Shown here piece by piece: positions 1-10,533 of a stretch of DNA of 18,092 nt. The notes under the pieces were generated by a model that did no database searches, had not been told where the DNA came from, and saw only the letters and a program-made list of their open reading frames with translations. Position 1 is the first letter of the stretch. Every line of letters starts with the position of its first letter. A program made the translations under genes and the position numbers. The DNA comes from Polyangiaceae bacterium (GTDB taxonomy: Bacteria > Myxococcota_A > Polyangia > Polyangiales > Polyangiaceae), in assembly GCA_033763455.1 (NCBI GenBank), contig JANRKO010000069.1:1-18092 (forward strand), read 5' to 3'.

Positions 1-18
1 TATGCGCCACCACGAGCG

Positions 19-49
19 CGGATAGTCGATTGCGACAGCCCGTTTTTTT
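19..49 (+). terminator. possible weak intrinsic terminator
   Basis: Imperfect stem CGG..GTCG-ATTG-CGAC..CCG followed by T7 at 43-49. The upstream gene is outside the window. Confidence 0.3.
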
Positions 50-91
50 GCCTCTGTCTAGCCCAAGACCTGCCTCATAACGACCAACACC

Positions 92-187
92 CGATCGTAG
101 GGAGAACTTTGTCTTTGACTGTTGTGCCACCCCATAGTCGATCGTAGGGAGAACTTTGTCTTTGACTGTTGTGCCACCCCATAGTCG
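92..187. repeat. perfect 47-bp tandem duplication (2 copies), possibly GTAG-type REP-related
   Basis: CGATCGTAGGGAGAACTTTGTCTTTGACTGTTGTGCCACCCCATAGT at 92-138 and 139-185, then CG. CCTACGAT at 200-207 is the inverted copy of ATCGTAGG. Confidence 0.9.
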
Positions 188-282
188 TAGAGGGGGCAAC
201 CTACGATGAGCTTTCGGACTCGTGACGTCTGAAACTCTGAAATTCGCGACCAGTTTTCGGAGCTCCTTGCTAGGCTCGCATC

Positions 283-1362
283 ATGGAACCTGGCCCCAAG
301 CTGAGCCTTGAGCTGGAGCAAGCCGCGCTTCGCGCGGTGCGCACGGCGTACGGTCAATTCAACGATACGTATTTTGGGGGCAAGCTTCGGAGCCCGGTGC
401 TTCGCTGGTCGGATGCGGCGGGGAATTTCGGGCGCTACACCAGCGTTGGGCGCTCGATTGAGCTTTCCCGTAGCTTAATGTCTGATCACGGTTGGGGTGT
501 GTTGCTCGAAGTATTGAAACACGAAATGGCGCACCAATTCGTGTTTGAGGTGCTGGGCTTGGAAGAGCCTCCACATGGGCCAACCTTCCAGCGTATTTGT
601 CGAGAGCGCGGTATTGATGCGCACGCCACCGGCCTGCCGCGACCGCACAGCCAGGGCCCTGAGTCGATTCGGATTTTGGAGCGTGTCTCCAAGCTTTTGG
701 CTTTGGCGCAAAGCAGCAATCAGCATGAGGCGGAGTCTGCCACGGCTGCAGCTCAACGCTTGATGCTAAAGTACAATATTGAGCTTGGCGGGGAAGCGGC
801 GAGTTCCAATTACGTTCACCGGCACTTGGGGAAGGCGAGCGGCCGCATCAACGAGGCCATGCGTACGCTGGCGAATATCTTGACGGATCACTTCTTTGTT
901 CAAGGCCTATGGGTCCCGGTGTGGCGGCCGCTCGAAGGCAAGCGTGGCAGCGTTTTTGAGATTTGTGGCACGCGGGAAAACGTGGAAATGGCGGAGTATG
1001 CGCACGCATTTTTGTCGCATTCAGCCGAACAGTTGTGGCGCACTCACAAGCGCGACGCCGGGCTCAGGGGAAACGCGGACCGGTTAACTTATGTGGCCGG
1101 GGTGATGGCGGGCTTTCTAGAAAAGCTCAACGCTCAGAAAGCGCGGCACAAGGAAGAAGGGCTGGTATGGTTGGGGGACGCGGAGCTTCGCGGTTTTTTT
1201 AAGCGTCGCCACCCACGTGTTCGCTTTACGTATTACGGCGGGGGGAGTGCCAACGAAAGCTTTGCAAGCGGTAGAGATGCTGGCAGGAGCTTGGTGTTGC
1301 ATCGGGGGGTGCAATCCGGCCCAAGCGGGGGCGCGAAGCTTCTGCGGGGGCGTGGGGATTAG
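283..1362 (+). CDS. SprT-like zinc metalloprotease domain fused to DUF2786 domain
   Basis: 359 aa. SprT-type N-terminus (FNDTYFGG, VLKHEMAH = HExxH, HGPTF). DUF2786 signature ILERVSKLLALAQSSNQHEAESATAAAQRLMLKYNI. Confidence 0.85.
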   Translation: MEPGPKLSLELEQAALRAVRTAYGQFNDTYFGGKLRSPVLRWSDAAGNFGRYTSVGRSIELSRSLMSDHGWGVLLEVLKHEMAHQFVFEVLGLEEPPHGPTFQRICRERGIDAHATGLPRPHSQGPESIRILERVSKLLALAQSSNQHEAESATAAAQRLMLKYNIELGGEAASSNYVHRHLGKASGRINEAMRTLANILTDHFFVQGLWVPVWRPLEGKRGSVFEICGTRENVEMAEYAHAFLSHSAEQLWRTHKRDAGLRGNADRLTYVAGVMAGFLEKLNAQKARHKEEGLVWLGDAELRGFFKRRHPRVRFTYYGGGSANESFASGRDAGRSLVLHRGVQSGPSGGAKLLRGRGD

Positions 1363-1476
1363 AACACGCGAGCGTTCTTCAAGGCCTAGGCTTGGCGGCG
1401 TTCTCGACATTGTGCGAACGCTCGCGCGACTTGCGCGATGCAAGAGGCAGACTCGGGAAGGGTCAGCGGCCGCACT

Positions 1477-2748
1477 CTACGGCAAACTTGCGACGGAGGC
1501 ACGGCCATTTATCGGAGTCTCTCGGTACAGCCAGCGTACGAGCGGGGAGGTCATCAGCGTGGTTGCGAGCGCCATCATCACCATCATCGTGAAGAGTTGA
1601 GGCCCAATAACACCCAATTCTAAGCCAATGTTGAGCACGATGAGCTCCATCAGCCCTCGCGTGTTCATGAGCACGCCGAGCACGCTCGCTTCTCGCCAGG
1701 TGAGCCCGGTGAGGCGTGCGGCCAAGGCGCTGGCACCGAATTTCCCGAGGCAAGCAACACCGATGATCAGCAGGCAAATTGCCCAGGCCGAGGCGCTATT
1801 GAGCAGCCCCAGCTGGGTGCGCACACCACTTTGGGCAAAGAACAAAGGCAAGAGAGCCACCAGCACCATCCCCTCCAGTTTCTCGGCCAGCGCGCTCGGG
1901 AGTAATCCCTGCTTGGGTACGATGACTCCGAATAGGAAGGCGCCAAAGAGCGCATGAATGCCGATAATCTCTGTGATGAGGCTTGAGCCGAGTAGGCACA
2001 GGAAGAGGAGCGTCACCTTGGTTTGGGTGGGATTGGCGGGCTCAGTGCGTGCGGCTAGCCGCTTGAGGATTGGCCGTGCACAAAAGAACATGAAGCCGAT
2101 GTAGGCGAGCGAAAGCCCAATGGTGAGGGCGGCCGCACCGAGACCGGTTGAGCGCGTGAACGCAACTACCACGGCGAGGATGCACCAAGCCGTGACATCA
2201 TCAATGGCTGCGCAGGCAAGTGTGATGCTGCCAATGCGCGTTCCGAGGAGGCCCTGCTCCGTTAGGATGCGAGCAAGTACCGGGAAGGCGGTGATGCTCA
2301 TGGCGGCGCCGAGGAACAGTGCGAACGGCAAGAGCGGCACGCCCGGCAGAGAGAGGCGCGGGTGCAAAAACGCTGCTAAGAAGCAGCCAAGCCCAAACGG
2401 TACGACAATGCTAGCGTGTGAAACGACGATGGATGTTTGGGCGCGGCCCCGTAGAAGCGCTGGATCCAACTGGAGCCCGACCAGAAACATGAACAGCACG
2501 AGCCCTAGCTGGCTCAACAGGCCCAACATCTTTAAGGATTCCGGAGCGAACACGAGCGCTTGCGCCGTAGGTGCGAAATAGCCGAAAAACGAGGGCCCAA
2601 GCACGATGCCAGCCGCGATCTCGCCGATGACCAGCGGCTGCCCGAGCCGGCGCACCAGCAGGCCGAGCGCCCGCGACGTGAGCACGATCAGCGCAACCTG
2701 CACGAGCAGGCGAGGCAACGGCAAAGTGAGCAACCCGAGCGCAGACAT
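1477..2748 (-). CDS. cation:proton antiporter, CPA2 (Kef/NapA-like) family
   Basis: 423 aa, highly hydrophobic. Motifs QPLVIGEIAAGIVLGPS, SITAFPVLARIL, AAIDDVTAW, LMNTRGLMELIVLNIG. Confidence 0.92.
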   Translation of the reverse strand: MSALGLLTLPLPRLLVQVALIVLTSRALGLLVRRLGQPLVIGEIAAGIVLGPSFFGYFAPTAQALVFAPESLKMLGLLSQLGLVLFMFLVGLQLDPALLRGRAQTSIVVSHASIVVPFGLGCFLAAFLHPRLSLPGVPLLPFALFLGAAMSITAFPVLARILTEQGLLGTRIGSITLACAAIDDVTAWCILAVVVAFTRSTGLGAAALTIGLSLAYIGFMFFCARPILKRLAARTEPANPTQTKVTLLFLCLLGSSLITEIIGIHALFGAFLFGVIVPKQGLLPSALAEKLEGMVLVALLPLFFAQSGVRTQLGLLNSASAWAICLLIIGVACLGKFGASALAARLTGLTWREASVLGVLMNTRGLMELIVLNIGLELGVIGPQLFTMMVMMALATTLMTSPLVRWLYRETPINGRASVASLP

Positions 2749-2832
2749 CAGCGCGGCTCCTTAGCACAGTCGCCCTTCGCAGCATCGTTCGGATGGGGGC
2801 AACCGTTGAATCCGGGGCTTCAGGGGGCCCCT

Positions 2833-4047
2833 TTAGCCGTCCGCAGCTCTGCGAGCGAGTGACCGTAAGTGACGTGTTGGTGCATGTTGAGCCCTGGACG
2901 AAGGCGCAGCGTGACGTCGAAATTGGGTGGGGGTTTGGAGGAGCACCTTGCGAAAAGCCCCCTGAAGCTGCCGAACTTCACTGAACCCGCTTCGCTCGGA
3001 GACTTCTTCGACGCTGAGCTCAGTGTGGGTCAGCAGGCGTTCTGCCTCCTCCAAACGGAACCTGAGGCAAGCCTCGGCAGGCGATAGCCCAGTTGATTTG
3101 CGAAACTTGCGCTCTAGGGTGCGCCGTGAGTAGTGCAGCTCCGCAAAGAAATCATGCAAGCAATTCGGGTTGGCTGCGTGGGCACGCAGGTAGTCGAGTG
3201 CTCGAGCCACCAGCGGGTCCGGAGCGGCCACAGCATCTGTTGATCGCCGGCTAACCACTCGAACGGGTGGGACTCGGAGCGTTGCCTGGTGTTGCTTTTG
3301 ATCACCTAAGATGAGCTGCTCCAATATTTGTGCAGCAAGGAAGCCAATCTTTTCGCCCGCAATCTGAATACTACTCAAGGGGGGGGAGGCCAACGTGCAA
3401 ACAATGGTATCATTTTCGACGCCGAGGATGGCGACGTCATCCGGCACTCGTAGCCCAAGCTCGGAGCAATATTCGGCTACCACCAGGGCGTGGTAGTCGG
3501 CCACGCAGAAGACAGCGATGGGCTTTGGAACAAGCGCGAGCCAGCGATTCAGATCCTCGTTGTCGCGCTTGAGGGAGGCGTGAGCTGAGGGCCACGAAGG
3601 GTGCCCAGGCCGCGCGTCTAACATGTGGCAGATGTGGCCATGGTGGGCTAACTCCTCTTGAAAGGTTAATCCGCGCTGATCCAAGTGATTTCCGGTGCGT
3701 GGGTAGTAGCCGAAGTTGCGGTACCCGCGCCGGAGAAAGTACGAGGCTGCCATCTTGCCGATCGCAACCTCGTCGTTATCGACCTCACGTATCTTGTGGC
3801 TTTGCAGGGGAAGGCCCACGTTCACAGTCGGAATTCCCGAACCTTCAATCAGCTTAACGCCTTCCGCGTCTACGTGTTTCACCAGGAGCCCGTCGAGCTT
3901 CATTTCGAGTAGGCTTCGGATGCCGCTTGCCCGCGGGCTGTCCCAGCTGAGCACCCAGGAGCTCGCGGGTCGGGCGTAGGACGCAATGCCGCGCAAGATC
4001 ATCTCACTCGGACCGCCGCGCCGGTCCATGGCCAACCCAATCCGCAT
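2833..4047 (-). CDS. XylR-type transcriptional regulator (LacI-like periplasmic-binding fold + AraC HTH)
   Basis: 404 aa. Sensor motifs VPDDVAILGVEND and PPLSSI, linker VVSRRSTD, AraC HTH SRRTLERKFRK..LEEAERLL..SGF..FRK..TPTQFR. Confidence 0.9.
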   Translation of the reverse strand: MRIGLAMDRRGGPSEMILRGIASYARPASSWVLSWDSPRASGIRSLLEMKLDGLLVKHVDAEGVKLIEGSGIPTVNVGLPLQSHKIREVDNDEVAIGKMAASYFLRRGYRNFGYYPRTGNHLDQRGLTFQEELAHHGHICHMLDARPGHPSWPSAHASLKRDNEDLNRWLALVPKPIAVFCVADYHALVVAEYCSELGLRVPDDVAILGVENDTIVCTLASPPLSSIQIAGEKIGFLAAQILEQLILGDQKQHQATLRVPPVRVVSRRSTDAVAAPDPLVARALDYLRAHAANPNCLHDFFAELHYSRRTLERKFRKSTGLSPAEACLRFRLEEAERLLTHTELSVEEVSERSGFSEVRQLQGAFRKVLLQTPTQFRRHAAPSSRAQHAPTRHLRSLARRAADG

Positions 4048-4082
4048 GTTACTCGGGGGATCCTACCCTCAAACGGGAAGGA

Positions 4083-4113
4083 GATGTCGCTATTCAACAG
4101 ATGGATGTCGCTA
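4083..4113 (+). promoter_or_regulatory. candidate AraC/XylR binding site: 10-bp direct repeat with 21-bp period
   Basis: GATGTCGCTA at 4083-4092 and 4104-4113, in the divergent region between the regulator and the esterase. Confidence 0.6.
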
Positions 4114-4207
4114 GCTGTGCTTGCGAATTCGATTCCATGGCCGCACCATTCCGAGCCATCCATCTACCAATACGCGCTGCGCCCCGCGCCAGCGCGAAGG
4201 GCTGCTT

Positions 4208-5416
4208 ATGCGCAATTTACTGTGTGCTCTAGGTTCGTCGATCGTTCGCCTCGGGGTGCCCCTCTCGGTGGCGGCGCTGATGGGCGTGGCTTGTTCCGAA
4301 GCGAGCAGCGCTTCCGCCGGGGCAGGCGAGGGGCCCCCCAACGCATTGCCGTCCGGGACGGATACTGCTTCACCCAGCCCCACGATGACGACGACTTCGT
4401 CGGCAAGTGCGACTACGTCGACGCCGGTGCCGTCGATGCCCAATCCGATGCCCTCCACAACGAGCACCGGAACTCCGATGAACATTCGGAAGTGCACGCC
4501 GGGCCCCACCCTGGCAATCACCAGTCCGGATATGAGCTCAGAGGGCGACGGGGAACGCACTATCGGTCAACAAGGCTACGTGGTGACGCCAGAGCTCAAG
4601 GTGAACCCCAGCGTGCCCCACGGTGTCGTCACTCGATTTACGATGAGCTCCGCAGACAGCAAGATCTATCCCGGTGTTAATGGCCCCTACACGCGCAACG
4701 TGTGGGTCTACGTCCCGTTCGGATATGTGCCGGGGACGCCGCTGCCGTTCATCGTGGTTCAAGATGGTGCTGGTTACTCCGACGATATCCCCAATGTGCT
4801 CGACAGCTTGATACCAGGAAAATGCCTACCAAAGATGGCTGCTATCATGGTTGATAATGGCGGTGGCGACGCCCCGGGAAGCGAACGCAGCTTCGAGTAC
4901 GACACCGTGTCGGACGCGTATGGGCGCTTCCTTCTAACCGAGGTTTTCCCGCGCGCGGAGGCGGAGGGAAACGTCGTGTTGTCCACAGACCCAGAGGCGG
5001 GCGCGGCGATGGGCGGTAGCTCGGGAGGGCCGGCTTCGTTTGGGCTAGCGTGGTTTCACCCAGAACGCTTTCGCCGAATCATCACGTATTCTGGCTCTTA
5101 CATCTACCTCTTCAAAGACAAGATGTACCCGTATGGAGCGTGGGAATACCACACCAATCTCATCCCAAAGAGTGAGCCCAAGCCGTTGCGAGTTTGGCTC
5201 AACTCCAGCTCGGGCGATTGGGGCCCCGACACGGCACGGTTGCCTCAGCTGGATGCCCAAACCGCGAACAAGCAGATGTACGCCACGCTTACAGCCAAGG
5301 GCCTGCATGTGCAGCACAATTTCGCACCCAACGCGGGTCATAACGATCCCATCGTGATGGGCGCAACCGTGGTGGATGCCCTGATTTGGCTGTGGCGCGG
5401 CTACCCGATTGAATGA
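4208..5416 (+). CDS. putative lipoprotein alpha/beta-hydrolase (Fes/enterochelin esterase-like, Esterase family)
   Basis: Start at MRNLL gives a signal peptide with a lipobox-like MGVAC. Thr/Ser/Pro-rich linker, then R.VWVYVP..Y, VVQDG, GSERSFEYD, nucleophile elbow GGSSGG, catalytic His in AGHND. The upstream start at 4121 is less likely. Confidence 0.85.
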   Translation: MRNLLCALGSSIVRLGVPLSVAALMGVACSEASSASAGAGEGPPNALPSGTDTASPSPTMTTTSSASATTSTPVPSMPNPMPSTTSTGTPMNIRKCTPGPTLAITSPDMSSEGDGERTIGQQGYVVTPELKVNPSVPHGVVTRFTMSSADSKIYPGVNGPYTRNVWVYVPFGYVPGTPLPFIVVQDGAGYSDDIPNVLDSLIPGKCLPKMAAIMVDNGGGDAPGSERSFEYDTVSDAYGRFLLTEVFPRAEAEGNVVLSTDPEAGAAMGGSSGGPASFGLAWFHPERFRRIITYSGSYIYLFKDKMYPYGAWEYHTNLIPKSEPKPLRVWLNSSSGDWGPDTARLPQLDAQTANKQMYATLTAKGLHVQHNFAPNAGHNDPIVMGATVVDALIWLWRGYPIE

Positions 5417-5477
5417 GCGTCGGTTTGTGTCCTCGGCGGCCCTGGAATAGGCCTCGGGGGCGTCGCACGTTCGGCCA

Positions 5478-7794
<2,317 letters not shown>

Positions 7795-7829
7795 GCGGGC
7801 CGACCCTGATGAAAAATAAGGAGAAAGCC

Positions 7830-8297
7830 ATGAACATTGATATCGGTATCGAAGCCACGAAGAGGCAGGAGATCGCCACCGGGTTGTCACGCGTGCTGGC
7901 GGACACGTACACGCTCTACCTCAAGACACACAACTTCCACTGGAACGTCACCGGGCCGATGTTCCAGACGCTCCACCTGATGTTTGAGACCCACTACAAC
8001 GAACTCGCGCTTGCGGTGGATCTGATCGCTGAGCGTATTCGGGCGTTGGGCTTCCCGGCGCCCGGGACTTACAAGGCGTTCACCGCGCTCTCGGCCATCA
8101 AGGAAGAAGACGGCGTGCCGAAGGCGGAGAACATGATTCGCCTGCTGGTCGAAGCGCACGAGACGGTCGCTCGAACGGCACGCGAGGTCTTCCAGGCGGC
8201 GGATAGCGCGAACGACCAGCCCACGTGTGACCTTCTGACCCAACGCATGCAAGTCCACGAGAAGACCGCGTGGATGTTGCGCAGCTTGCTGGAATAG
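7830..8297 (+). CDS. dps: DNA starvation/stationary phase protection protein Dps
   Basis: 155 aa from the ATG after an [51 protein letters not shown]. Confidence 0.97.
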   Translation: MNIDIGIEATKRQEIATGLSRVLADTYTLYLKTHNFHWNVTGPMFQTLHLMFETHYNELALAVDLIAERIRALGFPAPGTYKAFTALSAIKEEDGVPKAENMIRLLVEAHETVARTAREVFQAADSANDQPTCDLLTQRMQVHEKTAWMLRSLLE

Positions 8298-8311
8298 GGG
8301 CGAAAATTTGA

Positions 8312-8351
8312 GTTGACCGGATCTGCACATTGACGGTGCGTTTCGGACAAC
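8312..8351. terminator. possible hairpin between convergent dps and grxD-fusion genes
   Basis: Imperfect stem GTTG-A-CCG...CGG-A-CAAC followed by A-rich AAATAAAAA, a U-tract for the minus-strand transcript. Confidence 0.3.
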
Positions 8352-8382
8352 AAATAAAAATGCTACCCGACGGCTTCTGCGG

Positions 8383-9294
8383 TTAGTACCGCGGCACGCT
8401 CGGATCTACCTCGCGCGACCAAGCGTCGATGCCGCCCACTAGGTTGTAGACGTTCGTATAACCATCGGCGAGAAATTGCTGAGCTGCGCGCGCGCTCCTG
8501 GCGCCCGAGTGGCACATGAACACCAATGGGGCAGATTTTTCTATCTTTTCAAGCTCTGTGAACAAGTGCTCATCCAGTGGGTGTGCCGTGGGAATGCTCG
8601 CCGTTTGGATTTCGTGAGGTGTGCGCACGTCGATAAGGAGCAACTTTTCGGCCTTATCCAGCCGCGATTTTAGCTCCGTTGGTGTCATAGCCTTCACGCG
8701 TGGAGGCTCGTTGGGGTTTTCGATCTTGAAGGCTTGGCCGTCTTTGGTTTCAACGCAATCGATGATGGTGCCGTTGGCTTTGGTGGCGCTCATGCGATCC
8801 ACCAACAGGCTGAGTTTGCCGCACGCGATCTCGAGGTCTCCGGGCTGTTTTGGTCCGAGCGTCAAGCCGAACTCCCAGCTCGGCCCAATTTCGAGTCGTA
8901 CGAAGTCGCCGTCGTCTTCGATGGCCGCGGCGAGGGCTGCTTCAGCCGCGGGTGTGACGGTAACCTTTGGTGGTGGTGGTGCTTCTGCGCCCAGCTTCTC
9001 AGCGAGTTCACCATTGGCGAAGAGTTCGGTCACGATGTCACAACCGCCAATGAACTCACTCTTGATGTAAAGCTGAGGGATTGTGGGCCACGAAGAATAC
9101 TCCTTGATGCCATCGCGTACGCGCGGATCGGCGAGCACGTTCACGGTCTCGTAAGGCGTCCCGTACGAATCCAAAATCTGTACCACGCGCGCAGAGAACC
9201 CGCATTGCGGAGCCTGCCGTGTCCCTTTCATGAAGAGAACGACCGGATTTTTTGCGATGGTGGTTTCTAAGAGTGTGCGTGTTTCGGGATCCAT
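8383..9294 (-). CDS. grxD: Grx4 monothiol glutaredoxin fused to a degenerate A-type-carrier (IscA/HesB-like) domain and a rhodanese domain
   Basis: 303 aa from MDPET. Grx4 motifs LFMKGT..PQCGFS, WPTIPQLY, GGCDI. Middle domain VTVTPAA..VRL..LLVD..IID..FKIENPN lacks the ATC Cys motifs. Rhodanese motifs LIDVRT, CHSGARS, NLVGGIDAW. Confidence 0.9.
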   Translation of the reverse strand: MDPETRTLLETTIAKNPVVLFMKGTRQAPQCGFSARVVQILDSYGTPYETVNVLADPRVRDGIKEYSSWPTIPQLYIKSEFIGGCDIVTELFANGELAEKLGAEAPPPPKVTVTPAAEAALAAAIEDDGDFVRLEIGPSWEFGLTLGPKQPGDLEIACGKLSLLVDRMSATKANGTIIDCVETKDGQAFKIENPNEPPRVKAMTPTELKSRLDKAEKLLLIDVRTPHEIQTASIPTAHPLDEHLFTELEKIEKSAPLVFMCHSGARSARAAQQFLADGYTNVYNLVGGIDAWSREVDPSVPRY

Positions 9295-9384
9295 GGGGTC
9301 GGCTGCTCCTTCGGGGATGGTGAGTAGCACAGGCGGTGAAAGCTTACGCAACGTCAGGGAGGTGGCATTGTGATCACTCAGAGA

Positions 9385-9402
9385 TACTTAGCATGCTAAG
9401 TA
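9385..9402. promoter_or_regulatory. perfect 18-bp palindrome, candidate repressor operator
   Basis: TACTTAGCA|TGCTAAGTA, extendable by GAG/CTC across a 1-nt bulge. Lies upstream of the grxD fusion. Confidence 0.6.
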
Positions 9403-9566
9403 CTCCCCGTGCGCGCGGAGAAGGAATCCGAGGACCACCAGCTGTGCCGCGTTGCATACGGTAATTGCCTATGTGCTCGAAGGAGGTTCTCAATCAAGGT
9501 CCAGGCCCAGAGAACAATTAGGGGTTAATAGCCCCCAGTCGACGTTTGAAGCCCTGGACGAATCAT

Positions 9567-9588
9567 TATATCCGACTATCCTGATATA
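9567..9588. promoter_or_regulatory. candidate autoregulatory operator of the SahR-like regulator
   Basis: Imperfect 22-bp palindrome TATATC-CGACTATCCT-GATATA ending 3 nt before the ATG at 9592. Confidence 0.65.
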
Positions 9589-9591
9589 CGG

Positions 9592-10530
9592 ATGAAGTCG
9601 CTGGACAGCATTGCCGAGCTTTTGCACCTCCTGGCCGACCCAACACGGGTTCGGCTCATGGCACTGCTTGGCCGCGACGAACTCACGGTGGCCGAACTTA
9701 CGACCATCACCGCATTGCCGCAATCACGGGTTTCAACCCACCTGGGCAAGCTGCGTGAAGCGGGCCTCCTCCGGGATCGCAAGGTGGGCGCTTCCTGTTT
9801 TTACGCGGTCAACGAGGCGAGCATGCCTGAGTTGGCGTCGCGCGTTTGGGAGCTCGTGGCGCACGAAGCATCTGATGAAGTGCTCGAGGCCGATCAGCGT
9901 CGCTGTGTGGAGCTGAAAGCCGAGCGCGCGAACGACGCCTGGTTTGACTCGATTGCTGGGGAAATGGAGCGCCACTATTCGCCGGGGCGCACTTGGGAAG
10001 CCACGCTTCAGGGCTTGCTTGGGCTCGTGCGCTTGGGCGACGTGCTCGATATCGGTTCGGGTGATGGCGCGATTGCGGAGCTCATTGCGCCGCGTGCCGC
10101 GAGCGTAACCTGCTTGGATCGAAATGAGCGCATGTTGGAAGCGGCGGCGGTGCGCTTGAAGGAAGCGCCGAATGTGCACTTTAGCCGCGGCGATATGCAC
10201 GAGCTCCCGTTCAAGGAGGCCGCGTTTGATGCCGTGCTGTTGTTCAACGTGTTGACCTACGCGCACCACCCGGAAAGGGTTGTGGCCGAGGCATTTCGTG
10301 TGCTTCGGCCCGGTGGGACCGCCTCGATCGTGACGCTCCACACCCACTCCCACCCCGACGTTACCTCCGCGTATGGTCACGTCCGGCACGGCTTTTCTAC
10401 TGGGGAGCTGAGCCAGCTCCTCTCATCTGCCCACTTTGAAACCCAAGGCTGTGGTATCGCGCTCCGCGAACGGCGAAAGCCCTACTTCGAGGTTCTCGCC
10501 GCCACGGCCCATAAACCCAACGCTCGGTAA
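9592..10530 (+). CDS. ArsR-family HTH + SAM-dependent methyltransferase-domain regulator (SahR/SamR-like methionine/SAM-cycle repressor)
   Basis: 312 aa. ArsR HTH LADPTRVRL..ELTVAEL..QSRVSTHLGKL. SAM-binding VLDIGSGDG, GDMHELPF..FD, VLRPGG. Ends 3 nt upstream of metH. Confidence 0.9.
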   Translation: MKSLDSIAELLHLLADPTRVRLMALLGRDELTVAELTTITALPQSRVSTHLGKLREAGLLRDRKVGASCFYAVNEASMPELASRVWELVAHEASDEVLEADQRRCVELKAERANDAWFDSIAGEMERHYSPGRTWEATLQGLLGLVRLGDVLDIGSGDGAIAELIAPRAASVTCLDRNERMLEAAAVRLKEAPNVHFSRGDMHELPFKEAAFDAVLLFNVLTYAHHPERVVAEAFRVLRPGGTASIVTLHTHSHPDVTSAYGHVRHGFSTGELSQLLSSAHFETQGCGIALRERRKPYFEVLAATAHKPNAR

Positions 10531-10533
10531 TGT

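Noticed and set aside
92..187. CRISPR array
   Set aside because: Only two directly abutting copies, no spacers, and no cas genes in the window.
9295..9591. SAM or cobalamin riboswitch upstream of the metH operon
   Set aside because: Only short hairpins (GTTCTC/GAGAAC, GGGGTTA/TAGCCCC) and no recognisable riboswitch consensus. An Rfam/Infernal scan would be decisive.
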